Below are positions 35,693 to 58,617 of a stretch of 64,000 bases of DNA, piece after piece. The DNA lies in the NCBI GenBank assembly GCA_964016885.1, contig CAXHJY010000049.1, positions 1 to 64,000 of the forward strand, in the 5' to 3' direction. Origin of the DNA: Eledone cirrhosa. Lineage: Eukaryota. Every line of letters starts with the position of its first letter. Within the stretch, counting starts at the first letter, position 1. Under the pieces are notes generated by a model. The model was not told the DNA's origin. It did no database searches and worked only from the letters and a program-made list of their open reading frames with translations. A program made the position numbers and the translations under genes.

Positions 35693-36415
35693 TACACAGT
35701 AACACATCCATTCATCCACACATGTACACAGTGTACACAGCTGACTAATATAATTAACAGCTTGAAATAATTTGCATAATTGGATTATATTTTTTTATTA
35801 GTTTCTATAGCAACATCATAGATACACAAATTATTTAATTATTTTATCACATATTTCCTAATTCATTTATTTATATTATAATTATTTGAAGTGATCATAA
35901 ACAGCAAAAGACGAGGGTGAAACACGTTTATAAATTAAGATGACATTCATTGGAATATAACGGGAGTCGGACATTTCATGGTGGTTTCATATAATAGAAA
36001 AAACTACGGCATATTGTTGATGTTGTAGTTGTTGTTGTTATCATTATTGTTATTGCTAGCATCATCATCATCATCGAATTAGTTCAAGGACCTTATAAAT
36101 GGTTTTGAAGAACTTTTTTAGGTATCAAAATACTTTATATATATATAACGAAGGAAATGTGGTAAGGAACCAGATGGACCATAACGCACCAAAGTACTCA
36201 ATACTTAGGGTAGTAGAGTATATATATATATACATGTATATTTATTTAAACTGCATGTATATATATATATAAACTATATGTATATACATATATATTTTAT
36301 TAAGACTAAATAGTGAGTCTTTAAACACTATATATATATTTATTCATACATATACATATACTATATATATATATTATATATATGTATATTATACATACAC
36401 AATATTATACACACG

Positions 36416-36457
<42 letters not shown>

Positions 36458-36888
36458 AAAAGTACTATGATAGTTCAAGAATATATATATATGTATGTAC
36501 AATTGTGTGTGTGTGTATATAGATATGTATATGTACATTATGGAAATGGGTGTGAAGGGAGATATTTTATCCAAGACCTTCGTAATAGCCATGTAAGATG
36601 TGTCAAATAGCTTCCATTGGCTGAATCCCCTTTATTGTGTTAACTTCTAAAACTTGTAACATTATCCAATAAAACCGGGGAAACCGCTGGTGGTCACACA
36701 GCACTTCGACAGTTTATTGACATGATTATATCATACAAATAATTGTGTTCGTAGTAAGATATATGTATATGCTGATATATATATATATCACTATATATAT
36801 GTATACATACTCACACGCATAAATCTCTCTCTCTCTCTGTATACATATATATATATATATACATATATATTTACACATGCACACACAT

Positions 36889-36933
<45 letters not shown>

Positions 36934-36949
36934 CACATGCACACACACT

Positions 36950-36982
<33 letters not shown>

Positions 36983-37586
36983 TTCAAATTCTCTACATAA
37001 CATGTTATAACATTATCGTTAAAGTACAAATACGAAACAAATTTATTTTATTTAAATTTATTTAAATAATGTTTATCACATTTAAACATTTCTGAAAAAA
37101 AAAATTTCAAATATTTCACTATTTTATTATTTCTGCAAAAACTTTGAAACTTAATTTATGAATGTAATATTTTTCAACTTTTCAGCGGATATTTTTAAAC
37201 TAAAGTTGAAACCGAAAGATAATTTGTTTTATGTGGTAGTTTTTCTAAGATTATATACAGGGTGTTCCCTAAAACTGTACACACACTTTGATTAGAATGC
37301 TGTTGATGTGTGCATACATTTTTGGGACATATTGTCTGTATATAAGTGAGAATGTTGTAAATAACACTATTTTCACACAAAAATATCGTTTTGATAAAAT
37401 TAGTTAGTATATCATGACGTAATTGACGTAATTTCTGTTATGGAATAAGTCACAATTTTATTTCGAGTTTGTATTTTAATCTTTCACTTTTAGTTAGCTC
37501 TGAAAATAAAGATTATATATATATATATATTATATATATTGTGTGTGTGTGAATATATATAAATATATTTATTTGTATTGAAAATG

Positions 37587-37897
37587 TTGAAAGTAGGTTT
37601 ACAAGTATGAATTTTCAGTAGGTTTTTGTTACTGTGTCAGTGCACTGGCTGTAAGTACTAGAGACGGTGGAGATCCTGGTCTTGGATTCAATCTTGGTCG
37701 AGAGATACACGTAGTCTATTTCAGCTTTTATTTTACATTCGATAGGAAAAAAAAACTGTAAACGTTTCCTAGGAAACTACTCTCGACCAGGATCGAACTT
37801 CAGACAAGAATCACCACAGTCTATGATTCCTCCAACTCGGCCATCGATTCAGATACGAAAGTATAATGAAAATTAATAATTATAAACCTACTTTCAA
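37587..37897. mobile_element. diverged inverted-repeat element with tRNA-like arms
   Basis: Termini ttgaaagtaggttt / aaacctactttcaa. The right arm on the minus strand reads gatggccgagttgg...gactgtgg...gttcgatcctggtcgaga, mirrored by attcaatcttggtcgaga in the left arm. Confidence 0.65.
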
Positions 37898-38885
37898 AAT
37901 CAAAGTCATAGTAGTCATATTTAGGGTCGACTTGTCAATCTTCTGGCTCTATTATTCCTATGTGTGTTTTTGCTTAAACCTTAATCTGTTATTTTAATAT
38001 ATATATATATATTTATATAGTTTTCACCACAAAGAAATAAAAGTAATATTTTCTCAAAATCCATGTTACTTTCGAGGTGTTACTTGTAATAGTTTATACG
38101 AAAACAATGTACCAGAACTATTATTTCATATATATAAATGTCACAAACGGAAGTTATGTCACACATGTGATGAAATTATCTTTCGACAGATTCTTCGTCA
38201 ATTGTTTTATTAATAGGAAAACTTATTTTATATAAAATAACTTATATATATAAACCTCGGATAAAATTACATTAAATTATTTATTATTACATTAAAATAT
38301 TTATTATTATTATATCAAATTATTTATTATTACATAATAAATGATTTAATATTTAATCATCTAAATTATTTATAGAAATAATGTGATTGACCAACAGTTA
38401 AAGATATAAACATTGATTGCCAGTTAAATTATTTATAGAAATATAAAAATATATTGAACTGAAGCGAAAATCAAACCAAACTGTTTTACTATATATTTCT
38501 GGCAATACTAGGACAACATGACCCTCCACAAATATAACAATATATAATCAAACATATAGAAAACGAAACTACTTTTGGAAAGAACTATAAATGCTATAAA
38601 TAAGAAGAAAGGGAACGAAAGATCAAAGATTATTAGGCAAGAAAACAAAGTAAAGACGAGGAGCTTAAATATCAATAATATTGGTATCGAATACTGATTG
38701 GTATATTGAATAGATTGGTTATTTAGGAGAATTAGTAATTATACTATAACTTATATAAAACAATCGGCCCCACGATGAATAAATTGCATGGAATAACTTA
38801 GGAAAATACAACTTTAAACTTTAAACATCATATATATGGTATTACATAAGATGTTAAGGTGTGTATATATATATATGTATGCATG

Positions 38886-38921
<36 letters not shown>

Positions 38922-39229
38922 TATATATTATATATATATTATATATATATTATATATTATATATATATTATATATATATATATATTACATATATATATTA
39001 TATATATATATATATGTGTGTTTGTGAATGTAACGTATATAACATATATGTATATATATATATATATACATATTTCTATGGGTGTCTGTGTATATATATA
39101 TGTGTACCTATATATATAAATATATATACGCATGTACATATATATATATATATATATATAGGTATACATATGTATATATAAGCATATATATATGTGTGTG
39201 CACATATATATTTACATACACACACACAC

Positions 39230-39285
<56 letters not shown>

Positions 39286-39985
39286 ATGTGTATGTGAATA
39301 TATATAAGGTCATTATCCTCTCTGCAGCCAGTAAAGCATGAAGGTTAATATTTGTTTCAGCTCTTATTTTCGGCTCATCAGAAAATAGATGTTCCTCAGG
39401 TCCTCCTTACAAATATCCTCCTCACAAGAAGATCTTGATAACAACACCACCTAGTGGGATATAGGCTAAACCTAAAGACATGGTTTAATTATTCCTGACG
39501 TGGATTTATTTCGTAAAATAATATATATATATTTATGGGAGATGCACATGTTTCTGTTTATATATATCTATATATATATATATATATTGTGTGTGTGAGT
39601 GAGTGTGTGTGTGTTTGTGTGTATATATATACTTGTGTGTATGTGTATATATATATACTTGTGTGTATGTGTATTTATATATATGTGTGTGTGTGTGTAT
39701 GTATACTTGTGTGTATGTGTGTATTTATATATATATATATATTATATATATATAAATATATATATATAATATATGAATAAAAAATATGTATATTTAAGTA
39801 TATATATATTTATGCATATATATATTTTTGCATATATATATATGTGTGTATATGTATATATATATGTGTGTATATATATATGTATATATATATGTGTGTA
39901 TATATATGTATATATATATGTGTGTATATATATGTGTATATATATATGTATATATATATATATGTGTATATATATATATATATAA

Positions 39986-40024
<39 letters not shown>

Positions 40025-40172
40025 TATATACATAAGTATATATATACATATATATATGTACATATATATATATATAAAGGAATTCCAATTTTGGCTCATT
40101 AACTCGTTTTATATATAATCCTTTAAAATTATAATGATATTATAATGAAATAGTATAGTAGAATATTAAATC

Positions 40173-40225
<53 letters not shown>

Positions 40226-40987
40226 AAGCATATATATATATGAATAAAATAATATATACCATTATCATACATATATCAGATATGCATATATATGTTTATA
40301 TCTGATAAGTAAATGTATATATATATGGATATCTATATATGCATACAAATGCTTGCATATATATATATATGCACACATGAATTTATATATGTTAATACAT
40401 ATATATATATATATATATATATAGATATATATATATATGTGTGTGTATATATATATATATATATGTGTGTGTATATATATATATATAGACATATGTATTT
40501 ATATGTTTATATATATATGTACGTATATATATAAATATATATAAATAACTATATACATATGTATATCAATATATATATATATAAATATATGTATAGATAT
40601 ATCAATATATATAAATATACACAGATAAATCTACCAATCAGTCGTAAAATAATGAGTTTTACTATGAATTAACCGTTTTGTGTTTAATTTCATTGTTTTA
40701 ATATTTCTATATATAAATATATATATATTTTTAAATATATATATTTATATATAAATATATTTACATATATTTAAATATATATATACGTTGATAAACATAT
40801 ATAATTTTATTTATATATATCTATATATATTATTGATATAGTTATATATATTCATATACATATATATTCGTTTATATATATATATATATCTTAATTTATA
40901 TATTTATTTACTTATATGTATTTGTGTATTTATGTATGTATTAATATATATCCTTATACTAAAATACAGACGCATATACGTATGTGT

Positions 40988-41060
<73 letters not shown>

Positions 41061-41172
41061 AGAAACTATGACCCCGACGGCAGAGCTCAAGCCGTTTGAC
41101 GGCAATTTCTGCACCAAAGTATTGAGTACTGGTGTGTTATGGACCATCTGGTACCTTACCACAACTCCTTCG

Positions 41173-41218
<46 letters not shown>

Positions 41219-41429
41219 GCGTGTACTTTTATGTAAATATATATGTGTGTGTGTATACATAAATATACGTACATATATATTTATGTATGTATACCTAAAT
41301 ATACATGCATATATATATATATATGTGTGTGTACATATTTATATACATATAATCATAAATACGTTCATATATGTATGTGATTTTATAAATGTATATTCAT
41401 ATATTAGTGTGTGTATACATAGACACCCA

Positions 41430-48351
<6,922 letters not shown>

Positions 48352-48660
48352 TTTCGTTTCTGAATTTTTTTAGCAAGATTCTTTATCTGAAATCGTGTGT
48401 TGAAACCGATATTGTTATACAAAATGGCGTAGGACAGAACAAAGGAGAGGCACAGAAACAAAGAAACGAATCCCCAGTCACTGAAGAGGTCACAGAGTGT
48501 ATGACGAAAGAACTCTGACTATATATAAACAACTATCTGGTTGTGGAACCAACCAACCAACCAGAAATTTGTAAATTTATAAATATATAATAAATTGAAG
48601 TGAAACAACTGGTGCGTGTGTTTCTTATTGGCAACATGACCCTCCCAAAGTATAACAACA
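48352..48660. mobile_element. bipartite inverted Penelope-like remnant
   Basis: Right arm (+): HHR, AT-rich spacer, then ATGACCCTCCCAAAGTATAACAA. Left arm (-): the continuation [22 protein letters not shown]. Confidence 0.72.
48476..48520 (+). ncRNA. minimal type I hammerhead ribozyme
   Basis: AGTCA CTGAAGA g GTCA cagagtgta TGAC GAAA gaac TC TGACT. Intact core, 5-bp stem I, 4-bp stem II, minimal stem III. Confidence 0.78.
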
Positions 48661-50340
<1,680 letters not shown>

Positions 50341-50525
50341 TGTATGTGTGATTAGGACCATGAAAGCAAAACGCAAGTTAGAAATAATTAGTTAATTATT
50401 TCATTACGAGCGATTGAGAGGGTTGATTCGTCCTGGAATATCGATAAGCATGGTAATGATTACGTCGCCACTAGTTTCAGCCTCAAAACGAGGTTGCACA
50501 TTGTGATATTTATTGATTATTCTCC

Positions 50526-50608
50526 GTTCCGCACGTTTCGCAGACGGATGGCTCAGGATCCATGTAAATGTTATAGACTTGACTCCAGCCCCAATCTACT
50601 CATCAGAC
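50526..50608 (-). ncRNA. degenerate type I hammerhead with extended stem II
   Basis: gt CTGATGA gtagat[..]gtctgc GAAAC GTGC GGA ac. 60-nt stem II domain; cleavage triplet mutated. Confidence 0.62.
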
Positions 50609-50717
50609 TTATCAATCAAGCGAAACTAAATTCTCATCAGAGAGCACCCCACCCCAAATCATTTTCATATACAAGGGAATGGACCAAACAACGCGCACAC
50701 ATCACCCAACATATCTC

Positions 50718-50802
<85 letters not shown>

Positions 50803-51297
50803 GAATAATACATATACATACCAATATATATTATGATGTGTGTGTGTTAGAAATTGAAGAAATAAAATGATGGTGGAAGATGAAAAATAATATTGAAGGA
50901 GAGAAATGAGAGAAGGGGGTAGGGCGTAGAAGAAGAACAAAGAAAGCGGAAGTAAATGTAAAGTAAGGCAATATGAGATCTCGAGGTATTTGTGTGACTT
51001 CAGCCTTGTGAAGGTCGTGTATTCCTGTTGGGTAACAGATGTTTTCTGAAGTGTCTACATATCCCTTGTGCTTAAATTTATGAATGTTATATATATATAT
51101 GTGTAATGTATATCTAATGTATATATATAATATATATGCAATATATATATGTGTGTGTGTGTGTGTTACGGACGTTTGGATATGGGTGAGGGGTGTCTAT
51201 GTATGTAATGGACACAGCGGACCAGGCGTCAAAATGGCAGACACGTTAGAACGTCAAAGACAATGATTTGCGGTATTGGTTCCGAGCCTCTGCGCCC

Positions 51298-51359
<62 letters not shown>

Positions 51360-51473
51360 TATGTGTGTGTGTGTGTGTGTGTTTTGTGTGTGTCTTATGG
51401 TAACTAAGATGCGTTCATAGGCGGTATGCCGGTTGAACACTCTATGCTCCTACGGAGCAGAGTATGATAACAA

Positions 51474-51696
51474 GGAAAACGAAGAATCAGTGATGTATTC
51501 GTAAGGTCCTCAGATACGTCTGTTTGTATCAGAGCAAGTTATCTTTCTGTTGAAACCAACAGACGTATCTGAGGAACTTGCGAATCCAGAGTCAGGTGCG
51601 ATCCACAAACAGATCGCACCTCGAGCTGTTTGCCGGAGAAACAATTGTAATACGTAGTAAATTGAGTTCCGATGCATCACTGATTCTTCGTTTTCC
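51474..51696. mobile_element. inverted-pair Penelope-like remnant
   Basis: Outer inverted repeat ggaaaacgaagaatcagtgatg / catcactgattcttcgttttcc. Inner inverted repeat cctcagatacgtctgtt / aacagacgtatctgagg. Confidence 0.75.
51563..51655 (+). ncRNA. type I hammerhead with extended stem II and intact core
   Basis: ACGTAT CTGAGGA [62 nt] GAAAC AATT GTA ATACGT. 6-bp stem I, palindromic loop III, GUA triplet. Confidence 0.8.
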
Positions 51697-51816
51697 ATAT
51701 ATATATATATATATATATATTATAAGAACAGATTACAGTTTAAGCAAAGGATCGCTGCTTTCACTCTTCTGAAACTTATCGAGCCCTCTTCGGATTTTAC
51801 TCTTCACATTTATTAT

Positions 51817-51856
<40 letters not shown>

Positions 51857-51875
51857 TATATATATATACACACAC

Positions 51876-51913
<38 letters not shown>

Positions 51914-52979
51914 GTCTGCTATCGGATTACTTTTAATTATAATTTACTTAAAAGAAAACACACTGCCTCGCTTTGAAAGTTAGAAAAATACTTCATCTCT
52001 CAAGTCGTATGCAGTACACCTGAGTAATATTCATAAATTCGGAGCAATGAAGTCACAACAAATTAGCCCCCGCCACGGCCCGAGTCCCCACAAAACCCCC
52101 AATCCCAGACTACATACGAACATCGTTCGTATGTAGTCTATACACAAAAGCAATAAGACTAATTGGCAAACATCCAACAACAATTATACTCTACTAACCT
52201 CCAAATATGATGAGTTTTTTATTATTATTTCTCCTTCACCTGTAACGGCGGCTCCTAATTTCCTGGATAAACATGTTCAGGGCCCATATTTATAGCGTGA
52301 GCCTCATTTGTATTAATTAGCGTTTCTATTTCTAAATGAGTATCTTAGAAAATATTTCGTTACGAAAGATAAGTTTTTACACCAAAATCTGATACATATA
52401 ATTGAATGTAAGTAAACGGAGACATTTCTTTTCTTCTTATTCCATCTTCGTCTTCTTCTTCGTCGTCTTCTTGAGAGGGTTGTGGGAGCAGAGTTCTCAA
52501 ACACTCCTTCCAGTGGATCCTGACAGAAACAACCGTCTCCAACTGATCTGGCTGGATCTGCCAAGCGTTAACCAACCATCTTGCTCTCTGTCTACCCCTG
52601 GGTCTCCTGTTGGTTGGTTTTGCCCCGTAAAATCTGTCCAGGGATTCTTTCATTGCTTAAACACTTGCTCTGAAGACCTGGAAAGTTTCTTACTACTTTT
52701 ATTAGTATCTAATCACTAAATTCTTAATATAAAGATATTTTTCTTTGTAACCTTGAATCATATGTTTGAAATGGATAATATACCACTTGGAATGTCTTCA
52801 TATTCCAGACAAGAAACCAGTGGTTTTCTTTTTATATCCAATTTAATAACAACCTGCCCGAAACAAGTCTCTGGTTCTTGAAAACAAAACCACACATTAA
52901 AAAAGGTTGATATTTAAATTATAATCCACCAATATAAATGTTATACTAGAACCATATAGCAAATTCTTATCTTAATAAT

Positions 52980-54210
52980 CGTTACCATTTTAGGCACATT
53001 CCAGCAATTTGAAGGGGAGGGATGTTGATTAAATCGATCACACTGCGTGATTGGTACTTTATTTTATCGATCCCGTGATGATGAAAAGCAAAGTAGACCT
53101 TGACGGGATTTGAACTCAGGACGTAATGAGCCGGAATAAATGCCACAAAGCATTTTCTCCGACACTCTAACGATTCCGCGGAAATGATTAGTAAATTTAG
53201 TACATAAATCCTTCAAGATTTTTCATTAAGTAATCGAAATAGAGTCTGTTTTATTTTCTTTGTTTTTATTATTATTTCTTTTGAGAAATACGATCAGAAA
53301 TGTGTTAAAATGTCTGACAAGAGTTAATATTAGATATGGAGGTTAGTAACAGATGGCATTGCCAAGAATGTGGTACAAACTAATCCAGTATCTACGTCAT
53401 AACAGCGTTCAGTTATAATAACAAAGATTTCTACCAGTGAAAAAGGTCAACACTGACGGTGGGTGGGGTTGTGAGTTGTGTATAGCCCCGAGTACTTGGC
53501 TCTCGTACTTCTTTCATTGATATTGGAAGGATTAAATATATATTTATATTAAGATGTTATGAGGGCGGTGGATTGGCAGTATCGGTAGAGGGTCGGACGC
53601 CATACTTTGCAACATAGAGTTACGGCCCTTTATGATCTGAGTTCAATCCCCGCCGAGGTTAACTTTACCTTTCATCCTTACGAGGTCGATAGAATAAAGT
53701 ACCAGTAATGTACTGGAATAACGACTGGCCTTGTGCCAAAAGTAGAAACAATCATTGTTATACCGTCCTGTACTGTCCTTAATGTATTTTTTGTAAACCC
53801 TTTGTGGTTAATAAAGAAAGCATTGTTATTATTATTATTATTATTATTCCCGTCTATTGTATTTTCCCCCATCTTTCATCCTTACGGGGTCGGTAAAATA
53901 AAGTACCTGTCACGCACTGGGGTCGATTTAATCGACTTTCCCCTCCCCCCAAATTGCTGACCTTGTGCCTATATAAGAAACTATATCAATATGTCCTGGG
54001 GCGGAATGTCAGACAGATTTGCTGCATTCGTTTCGGTTCTCTGAGTTAAACTTTACTTTTCATCCTTTGGAGGTCGATAAAAAAAACGTACTAGCCAAGT
54101 GATGGACCGGTAGAACATAGGACAACTGTATGCTTTATTACAGCATATAGTTACGTTCCTTTATGTTCTGAGTTCAAATGCCACTGAGGTTAGCTTTGCC
54201 TTTCATTTTG
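52980..54210. mobile_element. family A SINE cluster (52980-53180 minus; 53563-53756, 53870-53980 and 54040-54210 plus)
   Basis: Diagnostic cores present. Confidence 0.86.
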
Positions 54211-54858
54211 TATTCTCAGTAACTTCATGCCACGGATAACGAGATAAACATCAGCGCCCTGATGAGAGCTACGGGTTTGAGACAGACTTCAGACAATAAA
54301 TCATAGGGGTGTTTTATTTAACTCCATTCTCTGATTAATGACACACAGACACATACCAGATGACAAGATCTATATCCTTGATAGAAGGACTTTGTTGCGT
54401 GAAGACATATTGTATTAAAAGAAAATTAAGAAGACGGTCAAATAATTATTAAAAGCGCCATGTCAAAGTTGAAAATACAAATTTCATGACGGCTTGGTGA
54501 CATGGCCATAAAGAATGTCTCCTTTTGTTGTCAGAGATCAAACACTGTGTAGCGACTTGATATTCTGTTGTAAAAAGGGGGCCAATAATTAAATCAATTA
54601 CGGGGTTTATCTCGTTATTATTCTTTATATTTTACCTCCTATATAATAAGTTGAACATGTACAACATTTAGGGGGCAAATTGTCAGAGTCATTAGGACGT
54701 TGGATAGAATGATTTGCGGAATTTGTCCCTCCCCCCTCTCTCTCTCTCTCTCTCTCCCTCTAGATATCAACATCAATGGACCTGTTATTTTTTATCTAAA
54801 GACATTTTTTCCAATTCCACCCCGCCCGTCCCTTCAATCTATCTTATTTCTCATTCTT

Positions 54859-54980
54859 TCTTCTGATGAAGGACTAGCGTCCGATATGTTAAGACCCTCT
54901 TCCTGCTATATCAAGCGTTAACCTAATATATCCCTTCCATATACTGTACCGATTGTGTTGTTATTTCTCTTTATCTTGAT
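54859..54980 (+). mobile_element. PLE-like remnant with a mutated minimal hammerhead
   Basis: tctt CTGATGA a GGAC tagc GTCC GATATGTT aaga (GAAACG expected). A similar decayed motif is at 61420-61452 (-). Confidence 0.55.
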
Positions 54981-55109
54981 ATATATATATTTATATATAT
55001 ATATATATATACATATATATACACACACACATGTATAGCCGGTGTCTGGGAGATACGGAGTTCGATTCCTCGTAACAGCCTAACTCAGAAACCGGTATGT
55101 GTATTTCCG

Positions 55110-55292
55110 AAGGCGGTGAATTGCCAGTATCGGTAGAGCGTCGGATAAGATGCTTTACAGCATAGAGTTACATCTTTTTATGTTCTGAGTTCAAATCCCG
55201 TCAAGGTTAGCTTTGGCTTTCATCTTTACGGGGTCGAATAATTCAACTTTTCCCACCCCACAAAAAAATGATTGGCTTTGTACCTAAATCAG
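55110..55292 (+). mobile_element. family A SINE
   Basis: Head, B-box and core present; an opposite-orientation copy is at 56985-57180. Confidence 0.86.
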
Positions 55293-55524
55293 ATTGTCTT
55301 ATTTGCTCTTCCAAAATCGATCAGTACGTTGTTGCTACTTGTACAAAATCATCAATAGTGTATTTCGGTTCAAGCACTCAACGTCATGTATTTTTTATCG
55401 AAATATGGTTTGTCAGTGAGATGAGGGAGCGTGTGTAGATTAAGGAAAATGCAAAGTTCGGTGTATATAAGCACACAGACACACATAGAGAATACCGCCC
55501 TCTATACACCGAACTTCGCATTTT

Positions 55525-55581
<57 letters not shown>

Positions 55582-55670
55582 CACACATATATATATATAT
55601 TTGTATGTGTATATATATATATATATGCCCCAGCATGGCTTCAGCCGGATGGCTGGAACAGGTAAAAGAG

Positions 55671-55702
<32 letters not shown>

Positions 55703-55858
55703 CATGTATGTGTGTATGTGTTTGTGTGTTCGTGTATATATAAACAGGGTGTCTGTCAAAAATGTATACACAATTTGATTACCTGTACAGTCAATATTTA
55801 TTAGAATGCACAGCCTGTTTGACATTTTTTTTGGACTATATATATGTATTGTATATAT

Positions 55859-55892
<34 letters not shown>

Positions 55893-55897
<5 letters not shown>

Positions 55898-56075
55898 ATA
55901 CATGGGGAGGGTCATATTGTTGTAATAATATTGCCAGAATTAATAACAGAACACACTCACTGTTTGGTTGGTTTTCGCTTCTGTATCTTTTATATCAGTT
56001 AATTTATTCGGTCTAAGTGTAACAATATTTGTCTCGACACACGATTTCATATCAAAAGCCCCGCAAAACAAATAT
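55893..56075. mobile_element. second bipartite inverted MTLP-type PLE remnant
   Basis: Left arm (-) MTLPMYNNI; right arm (+) CNNICLDTRFHIKSPAKQI. Confidence 0.62.
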
Positions 56076-56107
56076 ATATGTATATATTTGTATAAATAAT
56101 GTATATA

Positions 56108-56386
56108 TTTAATATAGAAGAGCTTCTACAGGACTAGAACTGTTTCATTCGTGAGAAATCATCAGGAAGCTGGCTGTCTAAGTGGCTGGAGGTAACTTCA
56201 CATCGTTGGTAGATGCTCCAATGATTAGAAGTTACCTCCACCAACTTGGACAGCCAGCTTCCTGATGATTTCTCACGAATGAAACAGTTCTAAACCTGTA
56301 GAAGCTCTTGTATATTAAAACATTTATACTCTGCTATGTGTTGAGTACCCTACTTACTGTGGTTACCTCCGATTCAACCCGGAATA

Positions 56387-56388
<2 letters not shown>
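56108..56388. mobile_element. fold-back PLE remnant with intact hammerheads on both strands (56121-56171 minus, 56256-56306 plus)
   Basis: AGCTTC CTGATGA tttctcacgaat GAAACAG ttctaaac CTGTA GAAGCT and its inverted copy. The same tail family is at 62150-62282(+) and 63597-63720(-). Confidence 0.85.
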
Positions 56389-56423
<35 letters not shown>

Positions 56424-56528
56424 ACTGTGAACTGCGGAATACTCTTAATTCCGATCCTAGTATATTACTCTTTTACCTGTTTCAGCCATCCGGCCGAGGC
56501 CATGCTGGCGCACCGCCCCATATAATCT

Positions 56529-56562
<34 letters not shown>

Positions 56563-57313
56563 TGTATATATATATAAATACGTGTGTGTGTGTATGAATG
56601 TTTATTGTATAGGGAGGTATTCTGTGTGTCTGTGTTTGTGTGTCTATATACATAACATATATGGGATCCTTTCACTATCTATATGCGTATATGCGTATAT
56701 GCGCATATGTATAAATGTATGTTTGTCTGTGTGTGTTTCTGTTGTTTTTCATATTCTTCGGTTTTCCACTTTCGTTTCTCTCTCTTTCTATAGTACCTTA
56801 AGCGAAATAAGCACAGCGCTTCTCCTGCATGTGGCAGACTCTATGTAAGTATTCTTCCGTTCATTTTCCTTTCTAAGAATTCAGTGTTGGCTATCAAACT
56901 TAACTTTGCTCCGCCGAGTTGTGAGAAAAACCACTGCTTAATAAACACCACACTCACCCACCATTGTATTTACTAATTAGTTAATTGTTTCTACTTTTGG
57001 CATTTATCTCGGTGCATTACTGGTACTTTATTTTATCGACCCCCCCCCCCCCCCCCCGTAAGGATGAAAGGCAAAGTTAACCTCGGCTCGGCGGGATTTG
57101 ATCTCAGACCATAAATAGACATAACTATGCTCGAAAGCATGGCGTCCGACCCTCTACCGATTCTGCTATCCACCACCCTTTACTAATTAATTAATGCTAA
57201 TATTAATAGGTTAAAAGTTTTTGGTGTTCTTTGATTTGTCTTGTCTTTGCATAGAAATTAATTAATCATTTAGATAGTGGTTGTCGTCACTATTAAGTCT
57301 TTAATGTCAATTA

Positions 57314-57507
57314 GAGACCTGCCAACCTCTAAAAACCCAACGGGAGTACCATGAAAAAAAGTGCCCCAAAACGGGGAGATATGAGGTAAAATGGGGAGAT
57401 TTTTACATAATGAAAGCTGTATCCATTTTCACAAGAGTAGACATCTCTGACCCACCCCAAAGTGGGTGGGAGATCTCCCTGTTGGATGGGCAGATTTGAC
57501 AGGTCTG
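57314..57507. mobile_element. non-autonomous DNA transposon (same family as 23781-23990)
   Basis: gagacctgccaa...ttgacaggtctg; flanks caatta/caacta. Confidence 0.8.
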
Positions 57508-57551
57508 CAACTAATTAAAATGTGAAAGTTTCAAATACAGGAAAATAACCG

Positions 57552-57809
57552 TAATAGTTGAGAAAACCTGGGCAAATTACCCCTAATGATGGATAAAAGT
57601 GGTCAGTAGCGCTTATAAGAAAATGAGACCCGCATTTTTTAGTTTTCAGGTGCCCCTGTCCACTTTATTTTACCGTCATTAGGGATGATTTTCGGGAAAA
57701 AAGGGGACAGTGGTGCCTACAATGAAATAAGGTTCGTATTTTTAAGGAACCTCTGAACACTTTTTTTTACCGTCATTAGGGGTAACTTACCCAATTTTCT
57801 CAACTATTA
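57552..57809. mobile_element. MITE with long TIRs
   Basis: taatagttgagaaaa..gggcaaattacccctaatga / tcattaggggtaacttacccaattttctcaactatta. Confidence 0.8.
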
Positions 57810-58450
57810 TCTAAAGCAATCGACTGTTATTACAGGTATTTTTGGCGTTTGGGACTCTCACAATTTCAAACACTCCCAGCCCTTTCATAATTCATAAGGT
57901 TTAATTAATTAAATTTACTTGATCTAGTAGACCTTATTTTTTTACTGTTTAGTCAAAGAAGGGAGGAAGAGCAGAAAATATAACCATTTTCAAGGCCTGT
58001 TGGAGGCGGGGGATGGGCGAGGAAGGTTTCTTCAAACCCGAGACCTAATCTGAATACTTGAACTAGAGTGGACTTTACTTAAAACATCCACGTGTCAGGT
58101 GCGAGTGTAAAAGAGAGCGCCGGATAGTCTTACCTCCCGACCGACTGATGTACACTTTACTAAAACTTTGACATGCATCAGTCGTCACTATTTAATTTTT
58201 CCAAGCTCTGAACTCATCCGATTTCTTCTGGAGAGAGAGAGAGAGAGAGAGAGGGAGAGATGGAGATAGATAGAGGGGGGGGGGTGAATAAAACAAGGCG
58301 GGAGTTACCAATATGTATAGTAGTCCGTTGGTCGAGGGCCCACGCATATCTGGGGTCCCACTGCTGAAATAAAAGTTGAAATTCGTATTTCCTACATTAT
58401 AAAAATGATGGTATTATTTAGAATTGGTTGACATTTGGACATTACAAACA

Positions 58451-58490
<40 letters not shown>

Positions 58491-58547
58491 AGATTCAGGA
58501 CCCCGACAGCTGAGCTCCGGCCGTTTCAACAGCTAGATCCGAACTAT

Positions 58548-58611
<64 letters not shown>

Positions 58612-58617
<6 letters not shown>

